64,000 nucleotides of DNA. Source: Scenedesmus sp. PABB004. Taxonomy: Eukaryota. The notes below the pieces were generated by a model. The model made no database searches, had not been told where the DNA came from, and worked only from the letters and a program-made list of their open reading frames with translations. Shown here piece after piece: positions 25,351-37,725 of the stretch (positions are counted from its first letter, which is position 1; each line of letters begins with the position of its first letter). The stretch lies in contig JABVCE010000005.1 in assembly GCA_014905635.1 (NCBI GenBank), positions 248,001 to 312,000 on the forward strand, given 5' to 3'. The translations under genes and the position numbers were made by a program.

Positions 25351-27137
25351 ATGGCGGACGCCCAGGAGCAGCAGGGTGCGCGGCCAGGATGCGCGGGCTC
25401 GACTGGACCCGGCGCAGCAGCGGGCAGGCCCGCCGCCTCACCGCGCCGCGACGCCGCTGCCGCGCGCCGCTGCTGCGGCGCCGCGCCAGACGCCAAGCGC
25501 GCCAAGACGGAGCCCGGCGAGCCGCCCGCCGACCAGGGCGTGCCGGAGCCCATGGCGCTGGACGCCGCGCCGCAGCGCGACGCGCCGCCCCACGCGCCGG
25601 CGGCGGCCGGCGGCGAGCCGTCCATGCGGGCGCTCATGGCGCAGTACTACCGTGAGCGGCGGCGCCTCGCCGGGGGCGCCGGGGGCGGTGGGCGGGCGCC
25701 GCGTTGTGGCGCGCAGCAGCGGGAGCGGCCGGGCGCCGAGGCGCCGCGCCCCCTGCCCCTGCGCCGCGCAGGGCGGCTCTTCCCGGTGCAGCACATGTTC
25801 CGCTGGCTCTGCTACGGCAACGGTGCGCGCCGCCACCGCGCCGCCCGCGCGCCACCCGCGCAGCCGCCGCCGCGGCGCTCGCGCGCACGCGCCGCGCTGC
25901 CTCGCCGGCGTGCAGACGGCAGCCACGGCGCGGCGGACGCGAGCTTTGCGGGTCGGCGTGAGATCTGCTACACGCTCGAGGGCGACATCTTCTGCCGCTA
26001 CCAGAGCTTCAAGGCGCGCAGGGGCTTGCAGGGCTGCCCGCGCGGGAGGCTTTATCGCGCAGCTCTCGAAGAGCTTCAAGGGCGCGGGGGCGCACCCGCG
26101 GCCACCGCCGGGCCGCGGCGGCGAGACCGCGCGCACGCCCCGCGCGCGCGCGCCCGCGCCCGCGCCGCAGAGCTGGTCTGACCTCGCGGCCGAGCTCGCG
26201 CGCAAGGTGCCGACCAAGATTGACATCGGCCCCGTCTACACCCACGACCCGCGGCAGCGCGCCAAGTACGCCAAGGGTGAGTGAAGCGCCCCGCTCGCGC
26301 GCGCCGCCCGCGCCGGGTGCCGTCGGCCGCGCACGCGCGCGCCCGGCGGCCCCTCCAGCGGCCTCGCGCGCGCGCCGCGCCCGCGACTGCGACCGCGACC
26401 GACCCGCGCCCGCCGTGACCGCGGCATGCCGCTGTTCGCGCAGACTTCAAGCCCGTGCAGCGCGAGCTGGTCATCGACATCGACCTCACCGACTACGACG
26501 GCCTGCGCACGTGCGGCAGCGGCGGCCACATCTGCGCCCGCTGCTGGCCCTTCATTGCGGTCGCCATGCAGGCGCGGCGGCGCGGCGGCGCGCGCGGCGG
26601 CGCGCGGCGTGCGCGGCGCAGTGGCGTTGAGGCGCGAGGGCGTGCCAGGCCCGGCCGCCCAGGCGCCCGCGCCGCCGCCGCTGGCCGCCGGGGGGGCGCG
26701 TGCCAGGTGCTGGACGTGGCGCTGCGGGCCGACTTTGGCTTCCGGCACATCCTCTGGGTCTACTCTGGCCGCCGCGGCGTGCACGCCTGGGTCTCCGACG
26801 AGGGGTGCGCGCGCCGCGCGCCGCGCCGCGCGGCGCCAAGCTGGAGGGGGCCAGGCCGGCACGCGCGCCGCCCGCGCCCCCGCGCCCGGCGCCTCCGCTC
26901 GCCCCTGCGCCCCGCGCCGCGCCGCGCACGCCGCACGCGGCCGTCGCCGCCGCCGCGGCGCAGCGCGCGGCGGCTCGCGGACGACGTGCGCGGCGCGGTG
27001 GTCACCTACCTGTCGGTCATCCGCGGCACCGAGGCCGGCCTGGCCAAGCTTGGCTACGGCCTGGTCAAGCACCCCGCGCTCGAGCGCGCGGAGGGCATGC
27101 TGCGCCGCGCGTGGCGCGAGGTGCGCGGCGCCGCAGC

Positions 27138-27168
<31 letters not shown>

Positions 27169-28424
27169 CGCGACGCCTGCGAGCCACGCCCCACCGGCCC
27201 CGCCGCCGCCGCCGCGGTCGCCGCGCAGCACCTGCTGCCCGCGCAGGAGCTGCTGGAGACGCCCGAGGCGTGGGGCCCGCTGCTGCGGTACATCCCGGAC
27301 GAAGACCTCACGCGCGACCTCGCCGCGCGCTGGGCCGCGGGCGGGCAGGTGCGCGCACCGGCCCGGCAGGGGCGCCGGCGGCGCCGGGCGGGCGGAGGGC
27401 GTGCGCGGCCGCGGCGGGCGGGCGGCGCGCCGAGTGGCGCGCGCGCGTGCCGCCGCGCCGCAGGGCCTCATGCCCGACGGCAAGCCCAGCCGGCGGCGCA
27501 GCGCCGCCGCGGGGGCGGCCAAGGAGGAGGACGGCGCCGGCGACGCGTGCTGCCTGAGCGTGCGGCGCTGGAACGAGCTCGAGCGCGCGGTCAAGGACAA
27601 GGTGCGCGCGCATCACGCGCGCCCCGGCCCCCGCGCTGCGCCCCCGCCACGCGCACACCCAGCGGCGCAGGCGCGGCCCCACGCGCGCCGCCCGCCCCTG
27701 CCGCGCCGCGCCGCCCGCCGCGCGCCGCGCCGCGGCGCCCGCCAGGCGCGCTCGCTGGGCGGCGTGCGCGGCCGCGCGCTGGAGAAGGGCCTGGGGGACA
27801 TTCTCTTTGCCTACTCATACCCCCGGCTGGACGTGGAGGTGACCAAGAAGATGAACCACCTGCTCAAGGCGCGGCGGGGCGCGGGGTTGAGGCGCGGCGC
27901 GGCGCGGCGCGGGGTCCAGGGCGGCCGCGCTGCTGCACGGCGCGGCGCGCTGGGAACGCGGCGCGGCGCCGCGCCGACCGCGCGCGCCGCCGCGGGCGCA
28001 GGCGCCGTTCTGCGTGCACCCCAAGACGGGCAAGGTCTGCGTGCCGATCGACCCCGCCGCGGCGTGGGAGTTTGACCCCGACGCCGTGCCCACGGTGCGG
28101 GAGCTCGTCGCGGCGCTCGACACGGCCGGCCCCGCGGCGCAGCAGGTGCGGCGGCGCGGCAGCGGGCGCCGCCGCGCGCGCGGGGGCGTTGCGCCGCGCT
28201 GCCGCACGCGCGCCGCCGACGCCTGCGCGGCGGCGCTCGCGCGCGCGCAGGCGCCCGGCGCGGGCGAGGGCTGGCGCGGCACGGCGCTGGAGCCGTACGT
28301 GGAGGCCTTTGCGTCGCGCTTCCTGTCGCCCCTCGCGGCCGCCAACCGCGCCGCCCTGAACGACAAGGCCAAGGCCGCCGCCGCGGAGGGCCGCGCCGCG
28401 CGCGCGGACGTCGTCTCGTGGTGA
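25351..28424 (+). CDS. PRIM1: DNA primase small (catalytic) subunit, many exons
   Basis: YYRRLFP, REICYTLEGDIFCRYQSF, KIDIGPVY, RELVIDIDLTDYD, WVYSGRRGVHAWVSD and [34 protein letters not shown]. Confidence 0.97.
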
Positions 28425-28681
28425 GGCCGGTGGGCGTCAGGGCGTCCGTGGCGTGGGGCGGGCGCGGCAACCGGCACACGAGCGCGGGCGGGCGCGGCGG
28501 CAGTGCAGAAGCGCCGCGGTTGAGCTGCGCCGCGCTGCAGCGCGGTGACGAGCCCCTGTGTCGCGAGCCCGTCGTGCCCGTCGTGTCCGCCGTCTCGTCC
28601 AGCCCCTCGCGCTTCGCACGCGCCGCAGTCGATAACCGCGACCGAACAGCGCGAGCGACGCGCGCCAGCGCCTGCGACGCG

Positions 28682-29393
28682 ATGGGAGGTGAGGCCCCGT
28701 TGTTGATCGACCGCTGGCTGCTGGCCGCGGACGCGCAGGGGCCGCGGCGGGGCGCCCGAAAGCTGCATCGCCAGCGATGCAGCAGCAGCAACGTGTGTTC
28801 GAGGCCACGCGCCCCCAAGCCCACCATCCTCCCACCACCCGCCGCCGCCGCTCGCAGGCCTGTTCAGCCGCTGCTGCGGGGGCGGCGCCCGCGCGGCGCG
28901 CGAGCCGCTGCTCGGCGACGGCGGCGCGTCCGCCGCCGCCGCCGCGCCGCAGCCGGGCGCGGCCTACACGCCGCCCGCGCCCGTGGAGGCGGTGAAGGAG
29001 GTCGCCGCCGCCCCGAAGGCGGCGCCCGCGCCGCCCGCGCCGGAGCCGGTCGCGGCCGCCGCGCCCGCGGTCGAGGCGCCGCGCGCGCCGTCGCCGCCCG
29101 CGCCCGCGGCCCCCGCGGCCCCCGCGGCGCCCGAGCCCGCAGCGGCGGTCGCGGCCGTGGCGCCGCCGGAGCCCGCGCCCGCGCCGGCAGCGGTCGCCGC
29201 ACCCGCAGCGCCAGCGCCCGCGCCGGCCGCGCCCGCGGCAGCCGCGCCCGCGGCGGCAGCACCCGCGGCGGGCGCCGCCCAGGGCCAGCAGGGCGGCGGC
29301 CGCGGCGGCAACCGCGGCGGCGGCGGCGGCGGCGGCAACCGGGGCGGCGGCCGCGGCGGCGGCAAGCGCGGCAAGGGCGGCGGCCGCAAGTGA
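28682..29393 (+). CDS. Small (about 180 aa) Pro/Ala-rich protein with an N-terminal myristoylation/palmitoylation motif and a C-terminal RGG tail
   Basis: A 7-nt first exon (ATGGGAG, 28682-28688) and a GT-AG intron (28689-28857) join in frame to give MGGLFSRCCGGGARAAREPLL...GGRGGNRGG...KRGKGGGRK*. Confidence 0.7.
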
Positions 29394-29631
29394 GCGCGCG
29401 CAGCGCGTTTTGGCGGGCGAGTTTTGAGCTCTCTGGCGCCCCGCGCCGACCTAGACGCACTGTCGAAGAAGGCCCTCTGCCGCGCTTTACGAAGAAGACC
29501 CTCCGCCGCGTTTGACCCCGCTCTCTGCGCGGCGCGCGCTGCAGTGCAGCTGCTGCATGACGTTCTGTTGCGGCCCGGGCCTGAGACCCTCCTCGCGGAC
29601 CCCGAACGACGCGCCGGCGTCGTAACTGCAT

Positions 29632-29636
29632 TGTAA
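29632..29636 (+). terminator. TGTAA polyadenylation signal of the small acylated-protein gene
   Basis: TGTAA about 240 bp after the stop codon and just before the convergent ATG7 stop. Confidence 0.6.
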
Positions 29637-29648
29637 ACGAATACGCAC

Positions 29649-32547
29649 TCACAGCTCGGTCCAGCCCTCCTCCTCTCCGCCGCCGCCGCCGCCGGGCTGC
29701 GCGTCGTCGTCGCCGTCGCCGGAGTCGCTGCCGAGCGCGAGCGCGGCCGCGGCGGCGTGCAGCTCGGCGAGGCCCGTCAGCTCCTCCAGCAGCGCCGGGC
29801 GCTCCAGCACGCCGCGCACGAAGGCCCAGCCCTGCTCCCGGAAGGCCGCCACGACGGCGGGCGAGCACGCGGTGCACTGGCTGAACGCGCTGCCCACCAT
29901 GCAGGCCTGGCTGAAGCCGGTGAGCTGCCCCCGCACCATGTGCGGCACGGGGCCCAGCGCGCCGCCGCCGGCGTCGGCGCCGCCCGCGACGCCGTCGGCG
30001 CCCGGCGCGGGCGCGGCGCCGCGCAGCGGGTGCTGCAGCGCCGCGGCCATGAGCTCCACCGCCAGCGCACCCGCCACCGGCGCGAGCCCCGGCCGCGCGA
30101 CGGTGCACTGCTGGTCCAGCGTGCGGTCGCGCGTCGAGTTGAGCGGCGCGACGACGTCACTGCAAAAGTAGCAGCCCAGGCGCGGCAGGCGCGCGGCGGC
30201 GCCGCCGCTGCTGCTGGCGCCGCAGCCGGCGCCGCTGCTGCTGCCGCCGCCGCCGCCTGCGCCGGCGGGGTCGAGGCCGTGGCGCATGACGAGGAAACCG
30301 TCAAAGCCCAGCGCCGCGGTGATGGCGAGCCGCCCCGCCGCGGCCGCGAGCAGCGTGGGCAGCCAGCGCGACTCGCGCGTGTCAGTCAGCAGGAAGACCA
30401 CGTCCGCGCCGGCCACCAGCGCAGACAGCTGCTCAAACGCCTGCGCGGCGCGGCGCGGGCGGGCGGCGGCGGCGGCGCGGGGCTCGGCGCGGGCGCGTGC
30501 GAGAGCGGGGGCGGCGGGCGCGCCCCGCGCGCTGCGCCGCGCCGCGCCGCGCCGCGCCTCTCGCGTCTGCGCCTCCTGCGCCTCGCCCGCCGGCGCGTGG
30601 CCGGGCATGGGGATGTTGAGGCACACGCCGGCGGCGGCGGCCGAGGGGAAGATGCCCAGCAGCGCCGCGGCGGCGGCCTCGGCCTTGGGCCGCCCGCCGG
30701 CGAGGCAGTCGTCGTGCGTGAAGAGGCTCTGCCGCACCGGGTTGGAGTAGGAGACGCGGCCGCCGTCGACGAGCGTGATGCGCCGCACGCCCCACGCCTG
30801 CAGCGTGCGCGCGACGGCGCAGCCGAGCGTGCCCGCGCCGAGCAGCAGGCAGCGCGTGCTCGCGAGGCCGGCGACGTCGAGCGCGGGCGCGGCGCGCCAG
30901 CGCATGAGGCGGAGGTTCAGGTCCACCGCCTGCTCCGCGAGCTGCACGGGGCTCAGCAGCGGGCTCACGTCCACGACCCGCGGCAGCAGCCGCCCGTTGG
31001 CGTCCGCCTCCCAGCCCACCGCCTGCGGCGCCGCGCCGCCGGGCTGCAGCCAGGCCGCGGGCAGCTCGGGCAGCAGCACCTGCGGAGTGGAGTGGAGCGG
31101 GGCGGCGCAGCGCGGCGCGGTGTGGGCGGCGGCCGCCGGCAGCCCGCGCGCGCGCCACTGGGCCGGGCACCGCCCCGCCCCGCCGCGCCGCGCGCGCACC
31201 TGCAGCACGAAGCTGCGCTCGGCCGAGGCACGGCCCGCCGCGCTGTCGCGCAGGCAGAGCACGCGCAGGCGGCGCGCGCGCCAGCGCGCCGCCGCGAGCA
31301 GCAGCGCGTTGCGCAGCGGCCAGCCCGGCGTGAGCGGGAGGTGGCAGGGGTCAAACATCACCAGCAGCGTCTCCTCGCCGCTGCCGCCCTCCGCCTCCGC
31401 GCCGCCACCGCCGCCGCCGCCGAGCTGCTGCCACGCGGCCAGGCCGGCGGTCGCGACCACGCGCTGCGTCCCGGCGCACACGCGCATCAGGCAGAACAGC
31501 GCGGGCGCGGCCTCCGGGGCGCCGCCGCCGCCGCCGGCGCCGGCCCGCCAGGCGTCCGCCGCGGCGCACAGCGCCTGCTGCAGCTGCGGCGCGGGAAACG
31601 CCGCCGCGAGCGGCTCCGCGCGCTCCTGCTGGAACGGCGCCGGCGGCTTGAGCGCGGGGAACGCAAACCTGGGGGGAGGCGGGCAGGGCGGGCGACCGCG
31701 CGGCGGCGCGTCGGCACAGGGACGCGGCCGCGCGCCGCGCGCGCTGGCGCACGCCGCGCCGCGCCGCGGACGCGCCAGTAGTGAAACTCAAAGCGCTTGA
31801 GGTCGCCAAACGCGAGCAGCAGGAAGGCAGACAGGCGCCCCGGCTCCGCCTCGGCGGCGCCGCTGAGCACGTCGGCCCACACGCGCGCGCCGGCGGCCGC
31901 CAGCGCGGCGGGCTTGTCCGCGCGGCGCAGCCCCTCGAGCGTGTTGCTCAGCTGCAGCTGCCCCGGCACCGCGTGGCCCTGCGCGCGGTGTGGCGCGCGG
32001 CAGCGCGTCGTGGGCGCGCGGCAGCGCGTCGCGGGCGCGCGGCCGGGCGCGGCGGGCGCGGGCGCGGGCCGCAGCGCCCCCTGCGCTGCGCGCGCACCTG
32101 CTGGCCGGCGCCGGCTGCGCCCGCGAACGAGCTGGCGGCCACCTGCAGCAGGCTGCCCACGGCCTCATGGCGCGAGGCGGTGAGGTAGCCTGCGGCGGCG
32201 TGGGCGGCGCGTTCAAAGCTGGCAGCGACGGCGCCGGACGCCGCCGCTGCCAGCGCCCCTGCGCGCGCGGCGCTGCTCGGCTGCCTCCACCGCCGCTTCC
32301 CGCTGCGTCCCAGCTGCCCCGCCGTCCGCTCCGGCCGGGCCAGCCACCTGTGAGCTCCACGGGCGCCTCGGCGAGCTTGTACTCGTCGAGCTTTTTGCTG
32401 GCCAGCTCCGACCAGAACGACACGTCCACGCAGCTCTGCGGCGCGGGCGCCGCGCTCGAGACCCGCCGCAGCACGCGGGGCCGCGCTGCGCGGGCACGCC
32501 CGGACCTGGAGCGGGCAGAACTTGAGCACCGACAGCGGCGCCGCCAT
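29649..32547 (-). CDS. ATG7: Ubiquitin-like modifier-activating (E1-like) enzyme ATG7, multi-exon
   Basis: LKFCPLQSCVDVSFWSELASKKLDEYKL, PGWPLRNAL, VGWE, AVDLNLRLMRWR, LLGAGTLGC, VSYSNPVRQSL, FLLTDTRESRWLPT, LGCYFCSDVVAP and the catalytic RTLDQQCTVARPG. Confidence 0.97.
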
Positions 32548-32886
32548 CCCGCCCGCGCGGCGCTGCCAAGGAGCGGGCAGAGCGGGGGGCGTGGTCCAGC
32601 ACGCAGCAGCGAAGCTGCGGGACTGAGGAGCAGCGCGGGTGTGCATGCGGCAGCAGCGCGGCGCTGAACGGGTGAGCGCGCGCCGCCGGGCGCCGCGGCG
32701 GGGCTTCACCGCGCGCCAGAACCTCGGCACGCGTCGGTTCTTGGTTACGCAACTGCCGCGCACTGAGGCACTCCGTGGGCATTCCTTAGGAAGTGAAAAG
32801 AAGAATCTACCACCGCAGAATCGTGCGCTTGAACGCCTCGAGCACTTAGCTGCCGCCGCTGCCTGCCGCCGCCGCCCTGCCGCCCC

Positions 32887-35346
32887 TCACTGAGCTGCCG
32901 CCCCCGCCGCCTCGCCGCCCCCGCCGTCCTCGGCCCCGCCGGCCTCCGGCGGGGCAGCCTGACCTGCCACCCCCGCCTCCCCCGCCGCCGCCTCCCCGTC
33001 CGCCCCGGCGGGCGCCCCCGCGCCCGCGCCCGCGCCCGCGCCCGCCCCGGCGGGCGCGCCCGCGGCCGCCGCGTCGGCCGCCGCGTCGGCCGCCGCGGCC
33101 GCGGCGGCCTGCTCCGGGTGCGCCGCCGCCCAGCGCGCGCGGCCCTCGTCCGCGAGGCGCAGCACCGCGGCAAAGCCCTCCTCCACGCCGCCGAGCTCGA
33201 GCAGCGCGATCGCGCTCATGCGCTTGCGGAAGCCATACACCTCGCCGAGGCGCTTGCGCGAGAGCGCAAACACGACCGGCACGCCGCCGCGCCGCGCGGC
33301 GGCGATGATCTCGTCCACGCTCTCCGTGAGGCCGCCCTCCGCCTCGACCGCCTCGATGTTGGGCGCGAGCAGCACGCCGCGCGCGCGCCCGGCGCGCACC
33401 GCCTTGCGCACCTCGCGCAGCCCCGCGACGTACCAGCGCCGCATGCCCGCCTGGCGGCGGCGCCGGCGGCGGCGGCGGCGGCGGCGCGGGTCGGCGCGCG
33501 CGGCGCGCAGCTGCCGGCAGCCAGGCCGCCGCGCCGCCGCAGGGCCGCCGCGCCGCACCTTGACCGGGTTCTTGGCGACCGCCCGGTCCTGGAAGCCTTT
33601 GACCGTCGCGAGCAGCGTGCTGACCGCGGTGTTGAGCGCGGGCGAGATCTCCTGCTTGCAGTACGGCGCGACCGCGGCGTTGGGCCCCACGTACGTCACG
33701 CCCGCGCGCGGGCTGGACCCGCCGGGGCTCAGCCCGCGCGGGCTCGACCCGCCGAGCGAGGAGGGGCTGCCGCCGCGCGCGGGGCTGCGCCCGCGCGGCG
33801 AGCCGCCGCCGAGCGCCAGGGGCGGTGGGAAGCCGAGCCCCGGCGGGCCGCCGCCGGGCAGCGCCAGCGGCGCGGGGTAGCCCGGCGGGCCGCCGCCCGA
33901 CGGGCTCGCCCGGCCGCCAAAGTCGGGGCCGGGCATGCTGCCCGGGCCGACGCTGCCCGTGCGCCCCAGCTGGCCCGCGGGCGCGGCGCCAGGGGGCCCG
34001 GCGGCGCCCGGCGCCGCGCCGCCGCTGCCGCCGAGCGCGCACGCGGCGGCGTGCGCCACGCGCGTGATGTGGCGCCGGCTCTGCAGGTGCTGCTGCAGCG
34101 TCTGCGCGGAGTTGCAGGCCAGGCGGCACAGCTCGCAGGCGAACTCGGGCGCGCCCGGCCCGTGCGCGTGCGCGTGCTGCGGCTGGTGCTGCTGCTGGCC
34201 GAGCGCCGAGGGCCTGGGCGGGTGCCCTGGCGGCGGCGGCGGCTGCCTGAACGTGCCGCCGCCGCCGCCGCCGCCGCCGGCGCTGCCAGCGCGCGCGAGG
34301 AAGCCGCCGCTGGCACCTGAGCCCAGGCCGTGACCGTCATAGCCGGCGCCCGCCGCCAGGCCGTTGGGGCTGCCAGGCGCGAGGCCGAGGCTGCCGACGC
34401 CGGGCCCCGCGCCCGCAAAGCCGCCCACCGCGCCGGGCTGTCCCAGCAGCTGGCGCATGAGACCGTCCAGCGCGGCTGCGTCCACCCCGAGCCCGGCCGC
34501 CAGCAGCTGCTGCTGCGCCGCAGCGCCCGCGGCGTCCGTGCTGGGGAGCATGCCGCAGGCGAGCAGCATGTCGTTGTAGGCCAGCGCGAGCTGCTGCTGC
34601 TGCTGCTGGTGCGTCGCCGCCGCCGCCGCCGTGGCGTGGTCGTGGTGGAACGAGGCCATGGCCGCCGCCGCGGCCGCGGCCGCGGCGCCGGGGTCGGCGT
34701 GCGCCGCCGCCGCCGCGCCGATCTGCAGCGCCACCGCCTGCGCCTGCGCCTCGCCTGCGGCGGCCGCCTGCTGCTGCTGCAGCGCGTCGAGCTGCTGCTG
34801 CAGCGGGCTGCCGCCGGAGAGGGCGGCCTGCGGCAGCAGCGCGTCAAAGCCCTGGCCGCCGCCGAGCTGGTCCATCGCGCCGTAGGTCGGCGAGCCACCC
34901 ATCGCGGGGCTGCCGCCAAACACGGGGCTGCCGCCCAGCAGGGGGCTGCCGCCATAGAGCGAGCCGCCGCCGCCGTAGCTGTGAGCGGTGCTGGTGGGGC
35001 TGAGGCCCTGCAGCAGCGCCACCGCGGCGGCCGCGGACGCGAGCGAGGAGCCGCTGTCCATCGACGCAAACGCGCCCGCGCCCTGCAGTTGCGCCAGCTG
35101 CTCCGGCGTGAGCGGCAGGCCGTTGCTGCCCAGGCTGAGCTGCTGCAGCTGCCTCGCGAGCAGCTGCTGCTGCGCCTGCTGCTGGGCCAGGCTGGCGCTG
35201 CCGAGTCCGCCCGGGAACATCGTGGACATCAGCTGCTCGTTGGAGCTGGCAAGGCCGACTGGGCTGCCGCCGGTGAGCGGGCTGCTGCCGTCCAGCCCGC
35301 TGCTGGTGCGGCTGCTGCCCGGCCACCCGGCGCTGCCGCTGCCGCC

Positions 35347-35386
<40 letters not shown>

Positions 35387-35714
35387 CCGCCAACGCTGCC
35401 GGCGCTCAGGCGCGCCAGCGAGCTGCTGCGGCTGGCGCCCGCAAAGCAGCTCACGCCCAGGCCGGGCTGCTGGAACTGCTGCTGCTGGAACTGCTGGTGC
35501 TGCTGGTGCTGGTGCTGGTGCTGCAGCATGGGCGTGGAGCTCGCGGGCGTGTCGAGCCGCATCCAGCCGCTGGACCCCAGCCCGCCATTGGCGGGGGCGT
35601 CGCTGCTGCGGGCGCGCAGGTCTGCGCCGAGCCGCACCTCCGGGCCGCCAGTCGCCGCTGCCGACATGCTGTGCGTACCGCGCAGGTGGCGCAGCTGCTC
35701 CGACTGCGCCTCCC

Positions 35715-35797
<83 letters not shown>

Positions 35798-35828
35798 GCC
35801 TGCAACTGCTGCTGCTGCTGTGCCTGCA

Positions 35829-35868
<40 letters not shown>

Positions 35869-37693
35869 ACGCTGCGCCTGCTGCAGCTGCTGCAGCTGCT
35901 GCGGCTGCTGCTGCTGGTGCTGCTGCCAGTGATGGCTGGGAGGAGGAGGAGGCTGCCGCCACTCCCTGCTTTGCTGCTGGCTGCTGCCCGCCGGCATCGC
36001 CGCAGCGCCGCGCTGCTGCAAATGCAGCGATGGCGGCAGCCGCAGCGGCGGCTGTGACGCCAGCGCTGCCGGCAGCGACGCCGCACGCGCCTGCAGGCCC
36101 GGTGGGGCCGGCTGCAGCGGCTGCGGCACCTCTGGCGGCGGCTGCACGCTGCTGGCCAGAAAGGTGGTCGCGTCGTCACCTGCACGCACCGGCGGGGCAA
36201 CGGCATGAGCGCGCCAACCTTGCACAGGCCTGGCCTGCGCGCGCGCCGCGGTGCTCCCTCGAACAAGCTCACCGTCGCTGTCAGAGTCGCAGCCGCTCGA
36301 GCTCTCCGAGTCCACGTCGGCCTGCGACTGCTGCGGCTGCTGCGGCAGCGCCTGCGGCGGTGGCGCCTGCTGCGCCTGCGACGGCTGCTGCAGCTGCGGC
36401 TGCACCGTCTCCGGCGGTGCCACCTCCGCCTTGGCCGGCGCAGGCTGCGGCTGCGGCTGCTGCTGCTGCTGCTGCTGCTTCCTAGCAGCCCTGAAAGCGC
36501 GCGCCACCTGCTGGCTGGGCGTGGCGCCGGTCCACTGCGACAGCACGTTGACAAACCCACGCAGCCCTGCGGTTGCGCCGTGCCGCGTCGGCGAGCGGGT
36601 CGGAGCGCAGCACGCGGCACGAGGGTGGCGGCGGCAGCGCGCGGACGGCGCGGCGCCCCCACCTGTGTCGCCGTTGTCGTCGCCGTCGTCGTCGCTGCTG
36701 CTGCCGCCGCCGCCGTCCGTCCAGTCGCTGTCGTCGTCCGAGCCCGCGCCCGCCAGCCAGCTGGGCAGCGCCACGGCCACCGCAGCTGCCGCCCCGCCTG
36801 CTGCCGCATCGACGCCGGCATCGGCGACGCCCGTGCCGGCGCCGCCGGCGTTGGCGCCACCCGCGCTCGCTGCGGGCGCGGCGCCAAGGGACGCCGCCAC
36901 CGCCCCGGCAGGCTCCTCCTCTGCCGCCGCCTCGTCCGCCGCCGCCTCCTCTGCCGCAGCCTCCTCTGCCGCTGCCGGCGCCGCCACGCTGTATGCCTCA
37001 TCCCAGGCCGCCTGCGCGGCGGCCTGCTCGCCGCGCCGCTTGGCCAGCGCGGCGGCCGCGCTCTCGCGCGCCTCGTCCGCGCGCTGCACCGCGAGCTGCA
37101 GCGCCGCCACGCTCACGCCGGCGGCGGTCAGCGGCGCGGGCGCCGCGCCGGCGGCCGCGGGCGCGTGCTCCCCACCGACCGCCGCCGCCAGGGCCGCCTG
37201 CAGGCGCTCCGCGGCCTCGAGGCGCTGCCGCAGCTGCTCCAGCTGCGCGCCGGCCGCCGCCGCCGCCGCGCCCGCCGCGTCGGCGGCGTGCCGCGCCACG
37301 GCGAGGCGCTTGTCCGCGCGCTCGCGCAGAATGAGGCGCTTGAGCGTGCTCAGCTTCTTGCGCCCACCCCGGCGCAGCCCCGCCGCGCCGTTGCGCACGC
37401 GCAAGCCCTGCTCCGCCGCCGCCGCGAGGATGGCCTGCACGCGCTGCCTGCTCAGGCGCGGCGCCTGCTGCGCCGGCGCCGCGCGGCGCGCGCGGCCGGC
37501 GGCTGCGTCGGGCCCGCGCGGCACGCTCGTGAGGCTGACCCTCACGGCCGCGCCGGCCCCGCCCCTCGCGGCGCCGCTGCTGCGCTCGAGCAGGCGCCCC
37601 AGGTCGAGCGCGGCGCCGGCGCTGGGGCGCGGCTTGCCGCCCGCCCGCGCCCGCGGGGGCGGGGGCTGCGCCGCCGGCTTGGCCGCCGGCTCG

Positions 37694-37725
<32 letters not shown>

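Noticed and set aside
12667..28424. LIG1 plus primase (plus a SNF2 ATPase) as a viral or mobile replication module
   Set aside because: All are intron-rich canonical eukaryotic genes with host-like composition, interspersed with unrelated housekeeping genes. No capsid, integrase or terminal repeats were seen.
28777..28995. ORF starting MQQQQRVFE as the start of the small gene
   Set aside because: It begins inside the predicted intron and is out of frame with the Pro/Ala exon. The spliced MGGLFSRCC model has canonical splice sites and a meaningful motif.
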